From Candidatus Eiseniibacteriota bacterium (lineage in GTDB: Bacteria > Eisenbacteria > RBG-16-71-46 > JABDJR01): a stretch of DNA of 64,000 bases. This document shows, piece by piece, positions 19,048 to 28,673 of the stretch (position 1 is its first letter; each line of letters starts with the position of its first letter). Made by a program: the position numbers and the translations under genes. The stretch lies in the NCBI GenBank assembly GCA_963783375.1, contig CAWANH010000028.1, positions 800,001-864,000 of the forward strand, given 5' to 3'. The notes beneath the pieces were generated by a model. The model was not told the origin of the DNA, searched no databases, and saw only the letters and a list, made by a program, of their open reading frames with translations.

Positions 19048-20475
19048 TCAGTGCTCGGCGGCCGGTTCGCCCCGCCCTCCCAGCCGTTCCAGGAACTTCC
19101 CGGCCTGATCGAACTGGGCGCCCTCGGTCACCAGGGCGCGGTAGCGGGAGAACGCCCGCATCGCCGCCGCGGTGTCCGCGACAGCATCGCAGACCAGCCC
19201 CAGATTGAACCAGGCCTCGGGCCGCTCCTCCACCGCCAGTGCCCGCTCGAAGTCCGCGCGGGCCCCGGGGAGGCGCCCGGCGCGGAATCGCGCCAGCCCG
19301 CGATTGAACCAGGGGGCGAAGCGGGTGGAATCGGCGCCGACCGCCTCGGTGAGGAGGGAGTCCCCGCGCGCGCCTTCGCCGAGGGAGACCCAGACCCCTC
19401 CCAGGATCCCGCGTTCCACCGGGGTCAGGTCCGCGTCACCGGTGAGACGCTCCGCCTCGTCGCGGGCGGCGGCGCTGTCCCCCGCGGCCAGGGCGGCCTG
19501 GGCCAGCCCCAGTCGCGCCACCGTCGAGCCGGGCATCCGCCGGAGCCCGGCCTCGAACATCGCCCGCGCCTCCGCCGGCCGTCGTTCGCGATGGAAGGCC
19601 ACCCCCAGGTTGACCAGCAACGACGGGTCGCACTCGCCGCGCTCGTCCCACAAGAGATAGGCGTCGCGGAGCACGTCGAGGTTGCAGCCGGCGAAGGGGG
19701 ATCGGGAGCGGAAGTCGATGCCCCGGTCGGCGCGGATCACGTCCAGCGAGACCTCGGTGAAGTCCCAGGAACGCTGGGTGGGACCGGCGGCCATGACATT
19801 TCGACCCCGCAAGTGCGGGATCCCGAACACGTGCCCCAGCTCGTGGCGGACGAAGATCGCCAGCGCCTTCCTGGGTCCGCCCGCGAACATGGACTCGTCG
19901 GCGGTGGGGGCCACCACCACCAGGGCGGGGCGGCCGAGGATCGCGTAGCCGCGCTCGGCCCGGTCCGCCTCGTCCCCCGGACGAAGTCCCAGGAAGACCG
20001 CGACCAGACCGTCCTTCGGGTCCACCGTGGCCGCGGCCTCATCCAGGATCGCGGCCAGGGGGAGCCGGTCCGAGGACGGCTTCCAGGCGACCTCCTCCCC
20101 GGGCACGAGCCGGATCCCCGCGGTCCGCGGCAGGTCCTCGGAGGCCTTCCGGATCGCCCCTCGGGCCAGGTCCCGCCAGCCGGAGCGTCTGCGGAAGCGG
20201 GGATCGGTGACCACGGCCACCGGGAATTCGCGGGTGGGGCCGGCGGGGTCGCGAACCGTCGCGGAGGGGTTCGTCGTCGCCGGGCTCCCCGGCGCCGCCG
20301 CCTGCTCCGGGGCCGCGGTGCGCGCCTCCCCCGAGGCCCCGGCGGGCGGACACGGAGCGGAAAGGAGCGCCGCCCCCAGCAGGAACGCGGCCGCTGCCGG
20401 CCCGAATCCGATCGGAACCCGGGACCCCCCCACGCCGTCTCGACCGAAGCCCGCGGGCTTCACGCAATTGACCAT
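19048..20475 (-). CDS. Exported zinc metallopeptidase with TPR repeats
   Basis: HELGHVFGIPH followed by NVM (Met-turn); C-terminal TPRs (WFNRG, WFNLG); start uncertain. Confidence 0.72.
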   Translation of the reverse strand: MVNCVKPAGFGRDGVGGSRVPIGFGPAAAAFLLGAALLSAPCPPAGASGEARTAAPEQAAAPGSPATTNPSATVRDPAGPTREFPVAVVTDPRFRRRSGWRDLARGAIRKASEDLPRTAGIRLVPGEEVAWKPSSDRLPLAAILDEAAATVDPKDGLVAVFLGLRPGDEADRAERGYAILGRPALVVVAPTADESMFAGGPRKALAIFVRHELGHVFGIPHLRGRNVMAAGPTQRSWDFTEVSLDVIRADRGIDFRSRSPFAGCNLDVLRDAYLLWDERGECDPSLLVNLGVAFHRERRPAEARAMFEAGLRRMPGSTVARLGLAQAALAAGDSAAARDEAERLTGDADLTPVERGILGGVWVSLGEGARGDSLLTEAVGADSTRFAPWFNRGLARFRAGRLPGARADFERALAVEERPEAWFNLGLVCDAVADTAAAMRAFSRYRALVTEGAQFDQAGKFLERLGGRGEPAAEH

Positions 20476-20574
20476 CGACCCTCCGGTGATTAGCCTCCGG
20501 ATAGAATACCCTTGATTCCCGGCCGCGGAACCGCCGCCGCCCGATTTCGACCCTTTCGGCCCAAGGAGCCCCGC

Positions 20575-20925
20575 ATGGCCCTCTCGCCCGAGACCCCGAC
20601 CTCCTGGGAACGCGTCCCCGCGGAATCGGTGGGGGACCTGGTGTCCCGCCGGATCGTGGAGGGGCGGAACTTCACCCTGCTCCGATACGTCTACCAGCCG
20701 GGGGCGGTATTCCCCGTTCACCGGCACCCCGAGGAGCAGATCACCCTGGTGCTCGAGGGCCGGCTCGAGTTCACGGTGCGGGAGACCGCGACCCCGGTGG
20801 GACCGGGCGAGTTCCTTCGCCTGGGACCCGACACCCCGCACGGGGCGCGGGTGATCGGGGATCGGCCGGTGGTGAGCCTCAACTTCTTTTCTCCGGCCAG
20901 GAGCGAACACCCCCATGTCCGGTGA
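20575..20925 (+). CDS. Cupin domain protein
   Basis: HRHPEEQ...GEF...PHG; AGGAG RBS. Confidence 0.85.
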   Translation: MALSPETPTSWERVPAESVGDLVSRRIVEGRNFTLLRYVYQPGAVFPVHRHPEEQITLVLEGRLEFTVRETATPVGPGEFLRLGPDTPHGARVIGDRPVVSLNFFSPARSEHPHVR

Positions 20926-22447
20926 GCGGGGCTCCCGAGACGGCGGGACGGCACACGGCGCGGCCGAGTCGAACGGAACCCCCACCCAGCAGCACATCTT
21001 CTACCGCGACCTTCACGCCCGGTACCCGGTCATCACCCGGGCCAAGGGCATCTACCTGTACGAGAAGCACGGGAAGAAGATCATGGACGGGGCCGGCGGG
21101 GCGGCGGTGGTCTGCCTGGGTCACGGGAACCGGCGCATCATCCGGGTGATGAAGGACCAGGCCGAGAAGGTGGCCTTCGCCCACATGTCCGCCTTCACCA
21201 ACGAGCCGGCGATCGAGCTCTCCAACCTCCTGGCCGAACGGGCCCCGGGGCGGCTCAAGCGGGTCTACTTCACCTCGGGAGGATCCGAGGCGGTGGAGAC
21301 CGCGATCAAGCTCGCCCGCGCCTACCACGTGGAGCGGGGGAACCCGCAGAAATTCAAGGTGATCTCCCGGAGCATCTCCTATCACGGGGCGACCATCGGG
21401 GCGCTGTCGATGACCGGAACCCATCTCCGGCGGGGCAAGTACGTCCCCATGCTGGCCTCGTTCCCCCGGATCACCCCGCCTTATTGCTATCGCTGTCCCT
21501 ACGGACTCACCCCGGACATGTGCGGGCTGGAATGCGCGTGGGAGCTGGAGCGGGCCATCGTGACCGAGGGCCCCGAGAACATCGCCGCGTTCATCGCGGA
21601 GCCGGTGATCGGGGCGTCGGCTCCCGCCGTGCACCCGCCGGTGGGCTACAACGAGATCATGCGGAAGATCTGCGACAAGTACGACGTTCTCTTCATCGCC
21701 GACGAGGTGATGACCGGCGTCGGCCGCACCGGGAAGTTCTTCGCCACCGAACACTATCGAGCCCGCCCCCACATTCTTTGTCTTTCCAAGGGAATATCCG
21801 GCGGGTATGCCCCGCTGGGCGCGGTGCTGGTCAACGAACAGATCTTCTCGGAAATCCGGAAGTCGATCACCGGTAAATTCATACATGGACACACGTTCGC
21901 GGGGAACCCGGTGTCGTGCCGGGTGGGGGTGGAGGTGATCCGGATCCTGGACGAGAAGAAGCTGGTCGAGAAAGTGGCCACCGACGGCGTCGATTTTGCT
22001 AGGATGCTGGAAGAGCTTCGTCGGCATCCTCTCGTCGGCGACGTTCGTGTGAAGGGATTCCTGGCCGGGATCGAATTCGTGGCCGACCGGGATACCCGAG
22101 ATCCCTTCGACCCCAGGATCGGGGTGAATCGCCTGGTGGCTCAGGAGTGCCTCAAACGGGGCCTCTACGTCTACCCCGGGTCCGGGTCCTATCAGGGGAA
22201 CCAGGGTGACCACATCCTCCTGGCTCCCCCCTACATCATCAAGAAGCGCGAACTGACCAAGCTCGTTGGAATCCTGGACGAGGCTCTTGGCGCGGTGACG
22301 GCCCGCTTGGCTCATGAGAGCCTCCTCGGTACCCCAGGTCGCGCGTTGTCACGATCGTTACGCGAAGAAGCGATGGAACGGAGCGCAGGACGCCGCCCCC
22401 CGGGGCGAGGTCTCTCCAAACGCTCTTCGCGGACCGAGAAGCCTTAG
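20915..22447 (+). CDS. Class III PLP aminotransferase (YodT-like)
   Basis: SGGSEAVETAIK, SYHG, IADEVMTG.GRTG, SKG, HGHT. Confidence 0.92.
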   Translation: MSGERGSRDGGTAHGAAESNGTPTQQHIFYRDLHARYPVITRAKGIYLYEKHGKKIMDGAGGAAVVCLGHGNRRIIRVMKDQAEKVAFAHMSAFTNEPAIELSNLLAERAPGRLKRVYFTSGGSEAVETAIKLARAYHVERGNPQKFKVISRSISYHGATIGALSMTGTHLRRGKYVPMLASFPRITPPYCYRCPYGLTPDMCGLECAWELERAIVTEGPENIAAFIAEPVIGASAPAVHPPVGYNEIMRKICDKYDVLFIADEVMTGVGRTGKFFATEHYRARPHILCLSKGISGGYAPLGAVLVNEQIFSEIRKSITGKFIHGHTFAGNPVSCRVGVEVIRILDEKKLVEKVATDGVDFARMLEELRRHPLVGDVRVKGFLAGIEFVADRDTRDPFDPRIGVNRLVAQECLKRGLYVYPGSGSYQGNQGDHILLAPPYIIKKRELTKLVGILDEALGAVTARLAHESLLGTPGRALSRSLREEAMERSAGRRPPGRGLSKRSSRTEKP

Positions 22448-22450
22448 GAG

Positions 22451-23701
22451 GTGACAATGAACACGCCTGAGATCCGCAAGAAGGCCAAATACATTCGGCG
22501 GGTGGAGCATGTCGAGCAGTTGTCGAGCGAGGAGAAGGCCGGGGTGTCGTCGGTGGTGGGCAAGTACGTGTTCCGCGCCAACGACTACTACCTGAGCCTG
22601 ATCGACTGGAACGATCCCGACGATCCCATCCGGAAGATCATCATCCCGCGGGAAGAGGAGCTGGACGAGTTCGGGCGCCTGGACGCGAGCGACGAGGCCT
22701 CGAACTATGCCGCCCCCCATCTCCAGCACAAGTACTTCAACACCGCGCTCCTCATGGTGTCCGAGGTGTGCGGCGCTTATTGCCGGTTCTGCTTCCGGAA
22801 GCGCCTCTTCATGGACGAGGTCCACGAGACCAGCCTCGACATCTCGGAGGGCCTGGATTATGTCCGCGAACACCCCGAGATCGACAACGTGCTCATGACC
22901 GGGGGCGACCCGCTCATGATCAGCGCCAGGAAGCTGGACCGGATGTTCGGGGAGGTCTTCTCCATCCCCCACGTGAAGATCATCCGGCTGGGAACCAAGA
23001 TCCCGGCCTTCGATCCCATGCGGATCAGCCGGAGCTCGGAGCTGTTGGGCGCGGTGAAGCGCCACAGCAAGGGCGAGCGGCAGATCTACTTCATCATGCA
23101 CTTCAACCATCCGCGCGAGATCACCCCCGAGGCGATCCACGCCATCAACGCGGTGCGGGAGCACGGCGGCCTCATGGTGGCCCAAACCCCTCTCCTCGGC
23201 GGGGTGAACGACGACCCGGCGGTCCTCACCGAACTCTTCAATCGCCTCTCCTACCTCGGGGTGCCGCCGTACTACCTGTTCCAGGGGCGGCCCACCGAGG
23301 GAAACGAGGGGTTCAAGGTGGAGCTCGACCAGGGCTTCCGCATTCTCGAGGAAGCCAAGGTCCGCATGAGCGGGCTGGCCCGCCGGCTCCGCTACGCCAT
23401 GTCCCACGCCGCGGGGAAGCTCGAGGTCCTCTCGGTGGGGAAGAACCAGGTGATCCTCAAGTTCCACCAGGCCCGCGACCCCCACAACCTCGGACGCGCC
23501 TTCGTGCTCCCCATGATTCCCGGCGCCTACTGGCTGGACGATCTCCTGGAGCACCCCCGGGCCAAGGACGAGTTGATCCGCCAGGGGGTGAAGGTCGCGC
23601 CCACCGGCATGCGCTGGCGGGATTTCGCGGGAGCCAAGTGGGAGGACGGCGGCCACTGGTCGCCCTACCGGCCCATGCACGGACCCCAGGCCGCGCGCTA
23701 G
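22451..23701 (+). CDS. KamA-family radical SAM aminomutase-like protein
   Basis: CGAYCRFCFRK, TGGDPL, HFNHPREIT, GVNDD, PYY, SHAAGK. Confidence 0.9.
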   Translation: MTMNTPEIRKKAKYIRRVEHVEQLSSEEKAGVSSVVGKYVFRANDYYLSLIDWNDPDDPIRKIIIPREEELDEFGRLDASDEASNYAAPHLQHKYFNTALLMVSEVCGAYCRFCFRKRLFMDEVHETSLDISEGLDYVREHPEIDNVLMTGGDPLMISARKLDRMFGEVFSIPHVKIIRLGTKIPAFDPMRISRSSELLGAVKRHSKGERQIYFIMHFNHPREITPEAIHAINAVREHGGLMVAQTPLLGGVNDDPAVLTELFNRLSYLGVPPYYLFQGRPTEGNEGFKVELDQGFRILEEAKVRMSGLARRLRYAMSHAAGKLEVLSVGKNQVILKFHQARDPHNLGRAFVLPMIPGAYWLDDLLEHPRAKDELIRQGVKVAPTGMRWRDFAGAKWEDGGHWSPYRPMHGPQAAR

Positions 23702-23830
23702 CGTCGCGCTCGCGCAATAATTCGAGGCCCCGGAGGGTTCGCCCCCGGGGCCTTGGTGTATCGCAGCCCGACATCGGCGGACGGAGGGCCCCCACTCTCC
23801 ATCCGGTCAACCGCGGTATACACTGGGGTC

Positions 23831-24571
23831 GTGAAACCCGCGTCCGTTCGCGTCGGCATCCACCAGGCCCAGCCCGGCTCCGGCATCGCACCCGGGGAGC
23901 GCGACCGCTATCGCGCGGCCGGGACCCAGGCTCTCGTCTTCCCCGAGTACTTCTGGGTGCGCCCGGCGGACCGGGATCACACGGACGTGGCCGCCCACCT
24001 GGACGAGGATCTGGAGACGCTGGCCGCCCTCTCCCGCGAGGAGGGTTGGCTCGTGGTCGGGGGAACGGTGGTCGAGCGTGACGGGGCCGCCTGCCGTAAC
24101 GCGTGTCCGGTCTTCTTCGGGGGGCGCGAGCTCGGCCGCTACCGGAAGATCCACCTCATGCCCGGAGAGGCCCGGCACGGCGTGGTCCCCGGAGAGCGCT
24201 TCGTGATCGTGGAGGCCCTGGGGATCCGGACCGCCCCGGTGGTCTGTGCCGACGTCCTCTACCCCGACACCTTCGAGCGGGTGGCGGAGCTCCGCCCCGA
24301 TCTCATCCTCGCCCCCATGTCCTCGCCCTTCCGACCGGAGGATCCGGTCGAGGACAAGGACACCCGGGACCGGGACATCTTCGTCGTGGGCGCGGCCCAC
24401 GCCCGGGCCCCGATCGTCAAGGCCGGAGCGATGGGAACCCTGTTCGGGCGGCCTCTTCAGGGGCGCTCCCTGGTGGCGACTGCCGAAGGCATTCTCTTTC
24501 GCACCCCGTTCGAGGAGGAGACCGAGCGCCGGACCTGGGTCGTGGACGTGCCGCTCGGGAACCGGGGATGA
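23831..24571 (+). CDS. Carbon-nitrogen hydrolase (nitrilase superfamily)
   Basis: VFPE, YRKIHL and VCAD catalytic triad motifs. Confidence 0.85.
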   Translation: MKPASVRVGIHQAQPGSGIAPGERDRYRAAGTQALVFPEYFWVRPADRDHTDVAAHLDEDLETLAALSREEGWLVVGGTVVERDGAACRNACPVFFGGRELGRYRKIHLMPGEARHGVVPGERFVIVEALGIRTAPVVCADVLYPDTFERVAELRPDLILAPMSSPFRPEDPVEDKDTRDRDIFVVGAAHARAPIVKAGAMGTLFGRPLQGRSLVATAEGILFRTPFEEETERRTWVVDVPLGNRG

Positions 24572-24586
24572 CCGGCGGAGGAAGCC

Positions 24587-25051
24587 GTGGATAGGCCCGG
24601 ATTTCGGAAATGGCCCAAGCGCGTCCGGCTCCTCGACGCCGGCCCCGAAGACCTCCCGAGGATCGAACGGCTTCTCACCCTGGCCGAGCTACCGATTCCC
24701 CAAACCGAGGACCCCCCGGTCACTTTCCTGATACTGGCGGAGGAGGGCGAGGTGCTGGCCTGCGCGGGCTACGAACAGCACGACGGCGCCGCGCTCATCC
24801 GCTCGGTGGCGGTGGTGGAGGACCGGCGAGGATCGGGGCTCGGACGCCGGCTGATCCGGGCGATCATGTCCGAGCTCTGGGGACGGCGCTTTCCCGAACT
24901 CTGGCTGGTCACCCTGGATGCCGCCGGGTTCTTCTCGCAGTTCGGGTTTGCGGGGATGGAACGCGCCGAGGTTCCGGCGTCGATCCAGAAGTCCCCCGAG
25001 TTCTCGATGCACGTCTGCGGGAACGGGACCTGGATGCGCCGGCGGCTCTGA
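24587..25051 (+). CDS. GNAT acetyltransferase (ArsN2/ArgA-like)
   Basis: IRSVAV...RGSGLG; FFSQFGF...S.EF...C. Confidence 0.82.
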   Translation: MDRPGFRKWPKRVRLLDAGPEDLPRIERLLTLAELPIPQTEDPPVTFLILAEEGEVLACAGYEQHDGAALIRSVAVVEDRRGSGLGRRLIRAIMSELWGRRFPELWLVTLDAAGFFSQFGFAGMERAEVPASIQKSPEFSMHVCGNGTWMRRRL

Positions 25052-25168
25052 ACGCCCGACGCCCGCCCGGGCGCCGGGCCTCCGGTCACGGACGGGTGTA
25101 GGCTACGTAGAGTGTGTCGGGTCCGGGCGCCGGGTCCGGGCCGCATCATCATCACGGAGGAATCCATC

Positions 25169-26176
25169 ATGCCTTCCATCATCACCCCGCCCGGATGGCG
25201 CCTCCCCGACCGGGAAGCCACCCCCGAGCACGTGTACTTCAACCGCCGGCGGTTCCTGAAGCAGCTGGGGATCCTGGGTCTGGGGGCGTTGGGGGTGGCG
25301 GCGGGATGCGGCCGCGCCTCGGGACGGGACGAGGGCGCGGCGGACACCGGCGCCGGGGGACTGCCGCCGAAGCTCAAGAACTACGACACCACCACCCTGG
25401 ACCTCTATCCGGCAAAGCGGAACCCCGCCTTCACCCTGCACCGCGCGCTGACCGATGAGGAGGTGGCCGCCACCTACAACAACTTCTACGAGTTCACCGA
25501 GAAGAAGGACGTGGTGTGGGAGCTGGTCGGGAAGTTCGAGGTGAATCCCTGGTCGATCGAGGTGGCCGGGCTCTGCGACAGGCCCGGAACCTACGATTTC
25601 TACGACCTGGTGCGGAAGATGCCGCTCGAGGAGCGGCTCTACCGGCACCGCTGCGTCGAGGCCTGGGCGATGGCGGTGCCGTGGACCGGTTTTCCCCTGA
25701 GCGCGCTCATGAAGCACGTGGGGGTGAAGGACGAGGCGCGGTTCATCCGGTTCATCTCGTTCCTGCGGCCGGACCAGGCTCCGAACCAGGGCGGCGCGGG
25801 GACCCATTACCCCTGGCCGTACTTCGAGGCCCTTCGGATGGACGAGGCCATGAACGAGCTGGCGTTCATGGGAACCGGCATCTACGGCCACCCGCTCCTC
25901 AAGCAGCACGGCGCGCCCTTCCGGCTCATCACCCCGTGGAAATACGGGTACAAGAGCGCCAAGAGCATCGTCCGGATCGAGTTCGTCACCGAGCAACCCG
26001 ACACGTTCTGGCACAAGCTCTACCCGGCCCAGTACGGGTTCCTCTCCAACGTGGACCCGGACCATCCCACCGTGCCCTGGTCCCAGGCCACCGAGCGGCT
26101 GATCGGAACCGGGAACCATGTGCCGACCCGACGCTACAACGGCTACGGGGAGTGGGTGGCGAAGCTCTACGCGTAG
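25169..26176 (+). CDS. msrP: Protein-methionine-sulfoxide reductase catalytic subunit
   Basis: Tat signal NRRRFL; YNNFYEF, RCVEAW, PWKYGYKS.K. Confidence 0.93.
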   Translation: MPSIITPPGWRLPDREATPEHVYFNRRRFLKQLGILGLGALGVAAGCGRASGRDEGAADTGAGGLPPKLKNYDTTTLDLYPAKRNPAFTLHRALTDEEVAATYNNFYEFTEKKDVVWELVGKFEVNPWSIEVAGLCDRPGTYDFYDLVRKMPLEERLYRHRCVEAWAMAVPWTGFPLSALMKHVGVKDEARFIRFISFLRPDQAPNQGGAGTHYPWPYFEALRMDEAMNELAFMGTGIYGHPLLKQHGAPFRLITPWKYGYKSAKSIVRIEFVTEQPDTFWHKLYPAQYGFLSNVDPDHPTVPWSQATERLIGTGNHVPTRRYNGYGEWVAKLYA

Positions 26177-26254
26177 CCGCCGGGCCGGCGCCCGGGCCCG
26201 ATCGCGGGGACGTCCGGGCCGGCGCCCGGATGCCCGCCGCGGCGGGCTCGTGAA

Positions 26255-27614
26255 TCAGCGCCCGTCCGCCCCGGCTTCCGCTCCGTGAACGATCTTCGGC
26301 CGGTAGATCGCATAGTCGAACTGGGGGCTGTGGTGGGGGGTGTGGCAACCGACGCAGGCGCGCTTGTCCACCGCGCCGTAGCCCGCCCCGGGCGAGGCCG
26401 CGTGGGCCGCCCCGGGACCATGGCAGCTCTCGCACCCCACGTTCCAGCGGTCGGGGCTGGCTTCGGGGGTCGCGAACCCGGTGCGGAACCCGAACCCGAC
26501 GGTGTGGCAGGACTGGCAGTCGGGGTCGTGCTCCTCCCCCGCGTTCACCAGGGTCTCCCGGGCGTGGGCATGGCGGGTGGTCCGCCACTGGGCCGTCTCG
26601 GCCTCGTGGCACGATGCGCAGGCCTCACTCCCCACGTACTCCACCGGCGGCTCCTCGAGCCCGGCCAGCCGCTCCTTCTGGAAGGCGTCGGAGAGGGTGA
26701 GGGTGTGCATGCGGTCGTAGTACTCGGTCATGAGGCTGTCCACCGCGGCGCGCCGACCCCAGCCCTTCACCACCGGCATGTAGACGCCGTCCACCTTCGC
26801 GGGCGCGCCGGTCGAGTCGAAGGAGACTTCGACCCGGCCCAGGAAGCGCCCCTCGCTGGAGTTCCCCATCACCGCCACCCGCCCCTCGTGATGGAGTTCG
26901 TCCCCAAGCTTTCCCTCGTGGGCGGCCACGATGAAGTCCAGCTCCGGGTAGAGCCGGGCCAGACGGTTCACCGCGACGGTGTCGGGAGCGTGGGCCATGG
27001 CCACGAGCACGTCGGAACGCCGCCCGGAGCGAATCCACCAACGCCCTCTCGTCCTCCCAGGGGGCCGCGTCGACCCAGGGGGCCGCGGTCCGGGCCAGCT
27101 CCGGGTCGAGGAAGGCGAGGATTCCCACCCGCTTGCCGCGCACCTCCACCGTCCTCGCCGGAACGCTCTCGCTATCCGGGAGCGTGTAGTTCGAGGCCAC
27201 CACCGGCCGGCCCAGCCAGCCCACCATCCGCTTCACGAACTCGGGACCGGCGGCCAGATCGTGGTCCCCGAGGGTGACCGCGTCGTAGCGCATCCAGGCC
27301 ATGGCCCGGGTCAGGGTCTCCACCTGGAGCTCCCCCTGGGAGTTCATCTTCTCGAAGGGGGCCATGTCGCCGGCGTCGAGGGTCACGAACTCCCAGCCCG
27401 CCGTCCGCAAGGTGTCGAAGAAGGCGGCCCTCCGGGTCGCCCCGCCGTAGTCCTCGACCGGTCACCCGCAGGGGGCGACTTCGCCGCCGACGTCTCCGGT
27501 GAAGAAAATCGTGAGGTTGGGGTTCTGCCGCATCTGCCCGCGGAGAACCCCGGCGGAAAGGAGCGCGGCGGTGCTCAGGGCGAGGGCGAAGAGGATGCTC
27601 AGGCGATGGTTCAT
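26255..27614 (-). CDS. Putative selenoprotein: UshA/5'-nucleotidase-like N-domain (PCGU) fused to tetraheme c554-like cytochrome; frameshift at about 27020
   Basis: Signal peptide; FTGDVGGEVAPCG-TGA-PVEDYGGATRRA; DAGD; GDHD; four CxxCH (CASCH, CQSCH, CESCH, CVGCH). Confidence 0.78.
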
Positions 27615-27840
27615 GCGGTCCTGCGCCGGCGATCCGGCCGTAGCTCGGCCTTGGGCCGGTCTTCACGATCGTGGTCCGGGAATCGGCCCCCCCGGAGTCG
27701 GTTGAAAAGCGTAGCACAGGGGAGGCCGGACGGGCCGGGACAAGGTAGGATCAGCGGTGATGAAACACCGAGCAATTTGGGGCGAATGCCCCCGGCCGAT
27801 CCCCGGCTCCGTGGCCGCCCGCCGAGGCCTCGGCGGGACG

Positions 27841-28578
27841 ATGCGGGCGCTTGGGGCGGGCACGGCCCTGCTCGCGCTTCTCGCCGGTTGCGGCCGCCCC
27901 GCCGATCGCGCGGCCGGGGCGCCCACCGGGAAGGCGGCGGTCCACGCCCTGGTGGAGCAGGTGCTGACCGCCTACGGCGGCCGGGAGAACCTGGGGAAGA
28001 TCCACGCCTGGCGGGCCGAGGGCCCGCTGACCGCGGTCCAGCGGGAGCAGCAGGGGGAGACGGTGCGCTGGTTCGAGCGGCCGGACCGCCTGCGGATCGA
28101 GATCCGGTACCCGGACCGGGGCGAGGTGCGCATCGTTCGGGGCGACCGGGGCTGGGCGGGTTCCGACGACCGCCACCTGGAGCCGGTGGAGGGCGCCTTC
28201 CTCCAGTCCATGGAGCTTCAGACCGCGCGTTTGGATCTCCCCCTCCGCCTGGCCGAGCACGAGTCGAGCCTGGTCGTGGTGAAGCCGGACGAGGACGGTC
28301 GGACCGTGGTGCGGCTGGCCATGGACGGGGGCCTGGCCCTGGACTACCACATCGACCCCGGGTCCCACCGGATCGAACGCATGGTGATGTCGATGCCGGG
28401 TCCGCCGCCCATGAGCTTCGAGGCGGACCTCTCCGAGTTCCGGTTCGTGGACGGGGTGCTCTTTCCCTACCGCGAGGACACCCGGGCCGGCGACACCAAG
28501 ACCGCGGTGACGCGCTACAAGAAGCTGGAGCTGAACCCGGACATTCCGGAGGTTCTCTTCGCGCCGGACCGGATGTAG
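27841..28578 (+). CDS. Hypothetical lipoprotein (LolA-like fold possible)
   Basis: LAGC lipobox; AYGG.E.L; FRFVDGVLFP...LELNP. Confidence 0.6.
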   Translation: MRALGAGTALLALLAGCGRPADRAAGAPTGKAAVHALVEQVLTAYGGRENLGKIHAWRAEGPLTAVQREQQGETVRWFERPDRLRIEIRYPDRGEVRIVRGDRGWAGSDDRHLEPVEGAFLQSMELQTARLDLPLRLAEHESSLVVVKPDEDGRTVVRLAMDGGLALDYHIDPGSHRIERMVMSMPGPPPMSFEADLSEFRFVDGVLFPYREDTRAGDTKTAVTRYKKLELNPDIPEVLFAPDRM

Positions 28579-28673
28579 CTCCGCCACCCGCCGGAAAGAT
28601 CCCCGGCCGGACACGGGGCGGCCCGGAACGTTGGGCGTCCCGGGCCGCGGGGGGTGCAGGGACCGAGGGAAGC

